Positions 54,301 to 64,000 of a stretch of DNA of 64,000 bases are shown here, one piece after another. Source of the stretch: Eledone cirrhosa. Lineage: Eukaryota. The stretch lies in NCBI GenBank assembly GCA_964016885.1, contig OZ024758.1, positions 38,316,001 through 38,380,000 on the forward strand. Direction: 5' to 3'. The notes below the pieces were generated by a model that saw only the letters and a program-made list of their open reading frames with translations, made no database searches and was not told where the DNA came from. The stretch's first letter is position 1. Each line of letters opens with the position of its first letter. A program made the translations under genes and the position numbers.

Positions 54301-57300
54301 AAGTAACTCCAATGTTGGTGAGAATTCATTTAAGTTCATGGTACTAGCTGTCAGAAGTAACTCCACTGTTGGTGAGAATTCATTTAAGTTCATGTTATTA
54401 GCTGTCAGAAGTAACTCCACTGTTGGTGAGAATTCATTTAAGTTCATGGTACTAGCTGTCAGAAGTAACTCCACTGTTGGTGAGAATTCATTTAAGTTCA
54501 TGGTACTAGCTGTCAGAAGTAACTCCACTGTTGGTGAGAATTCAGTTAAGTTCATGGTATTAGTTGTCAGAAGTAACTCCACTGTTGGTGAGAATTCATT
54601 TAAATCATGGTATTAGTTGTCAGAAGTAACTCCAATGTTGGTGAGAATTCATTTAATTTCATGGTACTAGCTGTCAGAAGTAACTCCACTGTTGGTGAGA
54701 ATTCATTTAAGTCATGGTATTAGTTGTCAGAAGTAACTCCAATGTTGGTGAGAATTCATTTAAGTTCATGGTACTAGCTGTCAGAAGTAACTCCACTGTT
54801 GGTGAGAATTCATTTAAGTTCATGGTATTAGCTGTCAGAAGTAACTCCACTGTTGGTGAGAATTCATTTAAGTCATGGTATTAGTTGTCAGAAGTAACTC
54901 CAATGTTGGTGAGAATTCATTTAAGTTCATGGTACTAGCTGTCAGAAGTAACTCCACTGTTGGTGAGAATTCATTTAAGATCATGGTATAAGCTGTCAGA
55001 AGTAACTCCACTGTTGGTGAGAATTCATTTAAGTTCATGGTATTAGCTGTCAGAAGTAACTCCACTGTTGGTGAGAATTCATTTAAGTTCATGGTATTAG
55101 CTGTCAGAAGTAACTCCACTGTTGGTGAGAATTCATTTAAGTTCATGGTATTAGCTGTCAGAAGGAACTCCAATGTTGGTGAGAATTCATTTAAGTCATG
55201 GTACTAGCTGTCAGAAGTAACTCCACTGTTGGTGAGAATTCATTTAAGTTCATGGTATTAGCTGTCAGAAGTAACTCCACTGTTGGTGAGAATTCATTTA
55301 AGTTCATGGTACTAGCTGTCAGAAGTAACTCCAATGTAGGTGAGAATTCATTTAAGTTCATGGTATTAGCTGTCAGAAGTAACTCCACTGTTGGTGAGAA
55401 TTCATTTAAGTACATGGTACTAGTTGTCAGAAGTAACTCCACTGTTGGTGAGAATTCATTTAAGTTCATGTTACTAGCTGTCAGAAGTAACTCCACTGTT
55501 GGTGAGAATTCATTTAAGTTCATGGTATTAGTTTGTCAGAAGTAACTCCACTGTTGGTGAGAATTCATTTAAGTTCATGGTATTAGCTGTCAGAAGTAAC
55601 TCCACTGTTGGTGAGAATTCATTTAAGTTCATGGTACTAGCTGTCAGAAGTAACTCCACTGTTGGTGAGAATTCATTTAAGTCATGGTATTAGCTGTCAG
55701 AAGTAACTCCAATGTTGGTGAGAATTCATTTAAGTTCATGGTATTAGCTGTCAGAAGTAACTCCACTGTTGGTGAGAATTCATTTAAGTTCACGGTACTA
55801 GCTGTCAGAAGTAACTCCACTGTTGGTGAGAATTCATTTAAGTTCATGGTATTAGTTTGTCAGAAGTAACTCCACTGTTGGTGAGAATTCATTTAAGTCA
55901 TGGTATTAGTTGTCAGAAGTTTACTCCAATGTTGGTGAGAATTCATTTAAGTTCATGGTACTAGCTGTCAGAAGTAACTCCACTGTTGGTGAGAATTCAT
56001 TTAAGTTCATGGTATTAGCTGTCAGAAGTAACTCCACTGTTGGTGAGAATTCATTTAAGTCATGGTATTAGCTGTCAGAAGTAACTCCAATGTTGGTGAG
56101 AATTCATTTAAGTCATGGTACTAGCTGTCAGAAGTAACTCCAATGTTGGTGAGAATTCAGTTAAGTTCATGGTATTAGCTGTCAGAAGGAACTCCACTGT
56201 TGGTGAGAATTCATTTAAGTTCATGGTATTAGCTGTCAGAAGTAACTCCACTGTTGGTGAGAATTCATTTAAGTTCATGGTACTAGCTGTCAGAAGTAAC
56301 TCCACTGTTGGTGAGAATTCATTTAAGTTCATGGTACTAGCTGTCAGAAGTAACTCCACTGTTGGTGAGAATTCAGTTAAGTTCATGGTATTAGTTGTCA
56401 GAAGTAACTCCACTGTTGGTGAGAATTCATTTAAATCATGGTATTAGTTGTCAGAAGTAACTCCAATGTTGGTGAGAATTCATTTAATTTCATGGTACGA
56501 GCTGTCAGAAGTAACTCCACTGTTGGTGAGAAATCATTTAAGTCATGGTATTAGTTGTCAGAAGTAACTCCAATGTTGGTGAGAATTCATTTAAGTTCAT
56601 GGTACTAGCTGTCAGAAGTAACTCCACTGTTGGTGAGAATTCATTTAAGTTCATGGTATTAGCTGTCAGAAGTAACTCCACTGTTGGTGAGAATTCATTT
56701 AAGTCATGGTATTAGTTGTCAGAAGTAACTCCAATGTTGGTGAGAATTCATTTAAGTTCATGGTACTAGCTGTCAGAAGTAACTCCACTGTTGGTGAGAA
56801 TTCATTTAAGTTCATGTTATTAGCTGTCAGAAGTAACTCCACTGTTGGTGAGAATTCATTTAAGTTCATGGTACTAGCTGTCAGAAGTAACTCCACTGTT
56901 GGTGAGAATTCATTTAAGTTCATGGTACTAGCTGTCAGAAGTAACTCCACTGTTGGTGAGAATTCAGTTAAGTTCATGGTATTAGTTGTCAGAAGTAACT
57001 CCACTGTTGGTGAGAATTCATTTAAATCATGGTATTAGTTGTCAGAAGTAACTCCAATGTTGGTGAGAATTCATTTAATTTCATGGTACTAGCTGTCAGA
57101 AGTAACTCCACTGTTGGTGAGAATTCATTTAAGTCATGGTATTAGTTGTCAGAAGTAACTCCAATGTTGGTGAGAATTCATTTAAGTTCATGGTACTAGC
57201 TGTCAGAAGTAACTCCACTGTTGGTGAGAATTCATTTAAGTTCATGGTATTAGCTGTCAGAAGTAACTCCACTGTTGGTGAGAATTCATTTAAGTCATGG

Positions 57301-60300
57301 TATTAGTTGTCAGAAGTAACTCCAATGTTGGTGAGAATTCATTTAAGTTCATGGTACTAGCTGTCAGAAGTAACTCCACTGTTGGTGAGAATTCATTTAA
57401 GATCATGGTATAAGCTGTCAGAAGTAACTCCACTGTTGGTGAGAATTCATTTAAGTTCATGGTATTAGCTGTCAGAAGTAACTCCACTGTTGGTGAGAAT
57501 TCATTTAAGTTCATGGTATTAGCTGTCAGAAGTAACTCCACTGTTGGTGAGAATTCATTTAAGTTCATGGTATTAGCTGTCAGAAGGAACTCCAATGTTG
57601 GTGAGAATTCATTTAAGTCATGGTACTAGCTGTCAGAAGTAACTCCACTGTTGGTGAGAATTCATTTAAGTTCATGGTATTAGCTGTCAGAAGTAACTCC
57701 ACTGTTGGTGAGAATTCATTTAAGTTCATGGTACTAGCTGTCAGAAGTAACTCCAATGTAGGTGAGAATTCATTTAAGTTCATGGTATTAGCTGTCAGAA
57801 GTAACTCCACTGTTGGTGAGAATTCATTTAAGTACATGGTACTAGTTGTCAGAAGTAACTCCACTGTTGGTGAGAATTCATTTAAGTTCATGTTACTAGC
57901 TGTCAGAAGTAACTCCACTGTTGGTGAGAATTCATTTAAGTTCATGGTATTAGTTTGTCAGAAGTAACTCCACTGTTGGTGAGAATTCATTTAAGTTCAT
58001 GGTATTAGCTGTCAGAAGTAACTCCACTGTTGGTGAGAATTCATTTAAGTTCATGGTACTAGCTGTCAGAAGTAACTCCACTGTTGGTGAGAATTCATTT
58101 AAGTCATGGTATTAGCTGTCAGAAGTAACTCCAATGTTGGTGAGAATTCATTTAAGTTCATGGTATTAGCTGTCAGAAGTAACTCCACTGTTGGTGAGAA
58201 TTCATTTAAGTTCACGGTACTAGCTGTCAGAAGTAACTCCACTGTTGGTGAGAATTCATTTAAGTTCATGGTATTAGTTTGTCAGAAGTAACTCCACTGT
58301 TGGTGAGAATTCATTTAAGTCATGGTATTAGTTGTCAGAAGTTTACTCCAATGTTGGTGAGAATTCATTTAAGTTCATGGTACTAGCTGTCAGAAGTAAC
58401 TCCACTGTTGGTGAGAATTCATTTAAGTTCATGGTATTAGCTGTCAGAAGTAACTCCACTGTTGGTGAGAATTCATTTAAGTCATGGTATTAGCTGTCAG
58501 AAGTAACTCCAATGTTGGTGAGAATTCATTTAAGTCATGGTACTAGCTGTCAGAAGTAACTCCAATGTTGGTGAGAATTCAGTTAAGTTCATGGTATTAG
58601 CTGTCAGAAGGAACTCCACTGTTGGTGAGAATTCATTTAAGTTCATGGTATTAGCTGTCAGAAGTAACTCCACTGTTGGTGAGAATTCATTTAAGTTCAT
58701 GGTACTAGCTGTCAGAAGTAACTCCACTGTTGGTGAGAATTCATTTAAGTTCATGGTACTAGCTGTCAGAAGTAACTCCACTGTTGGTGAGAATTCAGTT
58801 AAGTTCATGGTATTAGTTGTCAGAAGTAACTCCACTGTTGGTGAGAATTCATTTAAATCATGGTATTAGTTGTCAGAAGTAACTCCAATGTTGGTGAGAA
58901 TTCATTTAAGATCATGGTATAAGCTGTCAGAAGTAACTCCACTGTTGGTGAGAATTCATTTAAGTTCATGGTATTAGCTGTCAGAAGTAACTCCACTGTT
59001 GGTGAGAATTCATTTAAGTTCATGGTATTAGCTGTCAGAAGTAACTCCACTGTTGGTGAGAATTCATTTAAGTTCATGGTATTAGCTGTCAGAAGGAACT
59101 CCAATGTTGGTGAGAATTCATTTAAGTCATGGTACTAGCTGTCAGAAGTAACTCCACTGTTGGTGAGAATTCATTTAAGTTCATGGTATTAGCTGTCAGA
59201 AGTAACTCCACTGTTGGTGAGAATTCATTTAAGTTCATGGTACTAGCTGTCAGAAGTAACTCCAATGTAGGTGAGAATTCATTTAAGTTCATGGTATTAG
59301 CTGTCAGAAGTAACTCCACTGTTGGTGAGAATTCATTTAAGTACATGGTACTAGTTGTCAGAAGTAACTCCACTGTTGGTGAGAATTCATTTAAGTTCAT
59401 GTTACTAGCTGTCAGAAGTAACTCCACTGTTGGTGAGAATTCATTTAAGTTCATGGTATTAGTTTGTCAGAAGTAACTCCACTGTTGGTGAGAATTCATT
59501 TAAGTTCATGGTATTAGCTGTCAGAAGTAACTCCACTGTTGGTGAGAATTCATTTAAGTTCATGGTACTAGCTGTCAGAAGTAACTCCACTGTTGGTGAG
59601 AATTCATTTAAGTCATGGTATTAGCTGTCAGAAGTAACTCCAATGTTGGTGAGAATTCATTTAAGTTCATGGTATTAGCTGTCAGAAGTAACTCCACTGT
59701 TGGTGAGAATTCATTTAAGTTCACGGTACTAGCTGTCAGAAGTAACTCCACTGTTGGTGAGAATTCATTTAAGTTCATGGTATTAGTTTGTCAGAAGTAA
59801 CTCCACTGTTGGTGAGAATTCATTTAAGTCATGGTATTAGTTGTCAGAAGTTTACTCCAATGTTGGTGAGAATTCATTTAAGTTCATGGTACTAGCTGTC
59901 AGAAGTAACTCCACTGTTGGTGAGAATTCATTTAAGTTCATGGTATTAGCTGTCAGAAGTAACTCCACTGTTGGTGAGAATTCATTTAAGTCATGGTATT
60001 AGCTGTCAGAAGTAACTCCAATGTTGGTGAGAATTCATTTAAGTCATGGTACTAGCTGTCAGAAGTAACTCCAATGTTGGTGAGAATTCAGTTAAGTTCA
60101 TGGTATTAGCTGTCAGAAGGAACTCCACTGTTGGTGAGAATTCATTTAAGTTCATGGTATTAGCTGTCAGAAGTAACTCCACTGTTGGTGAGAATTCATT
60201 TAAGTTCATGGTACTAGCTGTCAGAAGTAACTCCACTGTTGGTGAGAATTCATTTAAGTTCATGGTACTAGCTGTCAGAAGTAACTCCACTGTTGGTGAG

Positions 60301-60450
60301 AATTCAGTTAAGTTCATGGTATTAGTTGTCAGAAGTAACTCCACTGTTGGTGAGAATTCATTTAAATCATGGTATTAGTTGTCAGAAGTAACTCCAATGT
60401 TGGTGAGAATTCATTTAATTTCATGGTACTAGCTGTCAGAAGTAACTCCA
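48360..60450 (+). repeat. Higher-order repeat run: periods 2476, 2475 and 2422 bp (46/45 monomers), then a truncated 1509-bp (28-monomer) unit, built on a 591-bp 11-mer
   Basis: The GTACGAGC marker lies at 49125, 51601, 54076 and 56498. AAGATCATGGTATAAGC lies at 54980, 57402 and 58911. Steps of 591 bp occur at 48735/49326/49917, 51211/51802/52393, 53686/54277/54868 and 56108/56699/57290. Confidence 0.9.
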
Positions 60451-63400
60451 CTGTTGGTGAGAAATCATTTAAGTCATGGTATTAGTTGTCAGAAGTAACT
60501 CCAATGTTGGTGAGAATTCATTTAAGTTCATGGTACTAGCTGTCAGAAGTAACTCCACTGTTGGTGAGAATTCATTTAAGTTCATGGTATTAGCTGTCAG
60601 AAGTAACTCCACTGTTGGTGAGAATTCATTTAAGTTCATGGTATTAGCTGTCAGAAGTAACTCCACTGTTGGTGAGAATTCATTTAAGTTCATGGTATTA
60701 GCTGTCAGAAGTAACTCCACTGTTGGTGAGAATTCATTTAAGTTCATGGTATTAGCTGTCAGAAGGAACTCCAATGTTGGTGAGAATTCATTTAAGTCAT
60801 GGTATTAGCTGTCAGAAGTAACTCCATTGTTGGTGAGAATTCATTTAAGTCATGGTACTAGCTGTCAGAAGTAACTCCACTGTTGGTGAGAATTCATTTA
60901 AGTTCATGGTATTAGCTGTCAGAAGGAACTCCACTGTTGGTAAGAATTCATTTAAGTTCATGGTATTAGCTGTCAGAAGTAACTCCACTGTTGGTGAGAA
61001 TTCATTTAAGTTCATGGTACTAGCTGTCAGAAGTAACTCCACTGTTGGTGAGAATTCATTTAAGTTCATGGTACAAGCTGTCAGAAGTAACTCCACTGTT
61101 GGTGAGAATTCATTTAAGTTCATGGTACTAGCTGTCAGAAGTAACCCCAATGTTGGTGAGAATTCATTTAAGTTCATGGTATTAGCTGTCAGAAGTCACT
61201 CCAATGTTGGTGAGAATTCATTTAAGTTCATGGTATTAGCTGTGAGAAGTCACTCCACTGTTGGTGAGAATTCATTTAAGTTCATGGTATTAGCTGTCAG
61301 AAGTACCTCCACTGTTGGTGAGAATTCATTTAAGTTCATGGTATTAGCTGTCAGAAGTAACTCCACTGTTGGTGAGAATTCATTTAAGTTCATGGTATTA
61401 GCTGTCAGAAGGAACTCCAATGTTGGTGAGAATTCATTTAAGTCATGGTACTAGCTGTCAGAAGTACCTCCACTGTTGGTGAGAATTCATTTAAGTTCAT
61501 GGTACTAGCTGTCACAAGTAACTCCAATGTTGGTGAGAATTCATTTAAGTTCATGGTATTAGCTGTCAGAAGGAACTCCACTGTTGGTGAGAATTCATTT
61601 AAGTTCATGGTATTAGCTGTCAGAAGTAACTCCACTGTTGGTGAGAATTCATTTAAGTTCATGGTACTAGTTGTCAGAAGTAACTCCACTGTTGGTGAGA
61701 ATTCATTTAAGTTCATGTTACTAGCTGTCAGAAGTAACTCCACTGTTGGTGAGAATTCATTTAAGTTCATGGTATTAGTTTGTCAGAAGTAACTCCACTG
61801 TTGGTGAGAATTCATTTAAGTTCATGGTATTAGCTGTCAGAAGTAACTCCACTGTTGGTGAGAATTCATTTAAGTTCATGGTACTAGCTGTCAGAAGTAA
61901 CTCCAATGTTGGTGAGAATTCATTTAAGTTCATGGTATTAGCTGTCAGAAGTAACTCCACTGTTGGTGAGAATTCATTTAAGTCATGGTATTAGCTGTCA
62001 GAAGTAACTCCAATGTTGGTGAGAATTCATTTAAGTTCATGGTATTAGCTGTCAGAAGTAACTCCACTGTTGGTGAGAATTCATTTAAGTTCACGGTACT
62101 AGCTGTCAGAAGTAACTCCACTGTTGGTGAGAATTCATTTAAGTTCATGGTATTAGTTTGTCAGAAGTAACTCCACTGTTGGTGAGAATTCATTTAAGTC
62201 GTGGTATTAGTTGTCAGAAGTTTACTCCAATGTTGGTGAGAATTCATTTAAGTTCATGGTACTAGCTGTCAGAAGTAACTCCACTGTTGGTGAGAATTCA
62301 TTTAAGTTCATGGTATTAGCTGTCAGAAGTAACTCCACTGTTGGTGAGAATTCATTTAAGTTCATGGTATTAGCTGTCAGAAGTAACTCCACTGTTGGTG
62401 AGAATTGATTTAAGTTCATGGTACTAGCTGTCAGAAGTAACTCCACTGTTGGTGAGAATTCATTTAAGTTCATGGTACTAGCTGTCAGAAGTAACTCCAC
62501 TGTTGGTGAGAATTCAGTTAAGTTCATGGTATTAGTTGTCAGAAGTAACTCCACTGTTGGTGAGAATTCATTTAAATCATGGTATTAGTTGTCAGAAGTA
62601 ACTCCAATGTTGGTGAGAATTCATTTAATTTCATGGTACTAGCTGTCAGAAGTAACTCCACTGTTGGTGAGAAATCATTTAAGTCATGGTATTAGTTGTC
62701 AGAAGTAACTCCAATGTTGGTGAGAATTCATTTAAGTTCATGGTACTAGCTGTCAGAAGTAACTCCACTGTTGGTAAGAATTCATTTAAGTTCATGGTAT
62801 TAGCTGTCAGAAGTAACTCCACTGTTGGTGAGAATTCATTTAAGTCATGGTATTAGTTGTCAGAAGTAACTCCAATGTTGGTGAGAATTCATTTAAGTTC
62901 ATGGTACTAGCTGTCAGAAGTAACTCCACTGTTGGTGAGAATTCATTTAAGTTCATGGTTTTAGCTGTCAGAAGTAACTCCACTGTTGGTGAGAATTCAT
63001 TTAAGTCATGGTATTAGCTGTCAGAAGTAACTCCAATGTTGGTGAGAATTCATTTAAGTCTTGGTACTAGCTGTCAGAAGTAACTCCAATGTTGGTGAGA
63101 ATTCAGTTAAGTTCATGGTATTAGCTGTCAGAAGGAACTCCACTGTTGGTGAGAATTCATTTAAGTTCATGGTATTAGCTGTCAGAAGTAACTCCACTGT
63201 TGGTGAGAATTCATTTAAGTTCATGGTACTAGCTGTCAGAAGTAACTCCACTGTTGGTGAGAATTCATTTAAGTTCATGGTACTAGCCGTCAGAAGTAAC
63301 TCCACTGTTGGTGAGAATTCAGTTAAGTTCATGGTATTAGTTGTCAGAAGTAACTCCACTGTTGGTGAGAATTCATTTAAATCATGGTATTAGTTGTCAG

Positions 63401-64000
63401 AAGTAACTCCAATGTTGGTGAGAATTCATTTAAGTTCATGGTACTAGCTGTCAGAAGTAACTCCACTGTTGGTGAGAATTCATTTAAGTTCATGGTATTA
63501 GCTGTCAGAAGTAACTCCACTGTTGGTGAGAATTCATTTAAGTCATGGTATTAGCTGTCAGAAGTAACTCCATTGTTGGTGAGAATTCATTTAAGTCATG
63601 GTACTAGCTGTCAGAAGTAACTCCACTGTTGGTGAGAATTCATTTAAGTTCATGGTATTAGCTGTCAGAAGGAACTCCACTGTTGGTAAGAATTCATTTA
63701 AGTTCATGGTATTAGCTGTCAGAAGTAACTCCACTGTTGGTGAGAATTCATTTAAGTTCATGGTACTAGCTGTCAGAAGTAACTCCACTGTTGGTGAGAA
63801 TTCATTTAAGTTCATGGTACTAGCTGTCAGAAGTAACTCCACTGTTGGTGAGAATTCATTTAAGTTCATGGTACTAGCTGTCAGAAGTAACCCCAATGTT
63901 GGTGAGAATTCATTTAAGTTCATGGTATTAGCTGTCAGAAGTCACTCCAATGTTGGTGAGAATTCATTTAAGTTCATGGTATTAGCTGTGAGAAGTCACT

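Larger units (their letters stand above)
1..64000 (+). repeat. 54-bp tandem satellite DNA array (EcoRI-containing monomer), ~1,190 head-to-tail copies, extends beyond both window ends
   Basis: Consensus GAATTCATTTAAGTTCATGGTATTAGCTGTCAGAAGTAACTCCACTGTTGGTGA (54 nt; A15 T19 G12 C8) recurs continuously from first to last base. Common variants are TATTAG/TACTAG, CCACT/CCAAT, AGCTG/AGTTG, AAGTAAC/AAGGAAC, a 53-bp unit (AAGTCAT) and a 55-bp unit (AGTTTGTC). Copy number is estimated as 64000/~53.8. Confidence 0.99.

Noticed and set aside
1-64000. CRISPR array or other repeat-spacer system
   Set aside because: There are no unique spacers; the whole 54 bp is repeated. No cas genes or leader sequence are present.
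1-64000. CENP-B box, telomeric repeats, or tRNA/5S-derived satellite
   Set aside because: There is no TTCG....A..CGGG motif (the consensus has no CG), no TTAGGG-type runs, and no recognisable pol III A/B boxes or rRNA/tRNA similarity by eye.
1-64000. Embedded transposon, inversion or unique island
   Set aside because: None was seen on reading through. The ORF track shows only the same two repeat peptides on the same strands throughout, which indicates a single orientation and no coding insert.
1-64000. Variant order as an information-bearing code
   Set aside because: The ordered patterns are adequately explained by nested tandem and block duplications with fixed offsets. Nothing here requires a functional code.

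Overview
The whole 64-kb window is one uninterrupted head-to-tail tandem array of a ~54-bp monomer, about 1,190 copies, all in one orientation and running off both ends. The consensus is GAATTCATTTAAGTTCATGGTAYTAGCTGTCAGAAGTAACTCCAMTGTTGGTGA (37% GC, one EcoRI site per unit, no CpG). This is satellite DNA, most plausibly eukaryotic heterochromatic, (peri)centromeric or subtelomeric; I do not recognise the family or organism. I see no genuine genes, RNA genes, transposons or CRISPR spacers. Every ORF in the track is the 18-codon monomer read in its open frame on one strand or the other, broken by 53- and 55-bp monomers. The informative structure is in the monomer variants. They define nested higher-order repeats (161, 432, 591, 1723, 2422-2476, 3180 and 3387 bp) and long-range block duplications (offsets 6.5, 8.1, 29.3, 45.9 and 49.4 kb). 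They also mark a central domain (~17.8-41 kb) with private variants, a mutation cluster at that domain's right edge, and recombinant monomers. I found no supportable evidence for a novel gene-based system.
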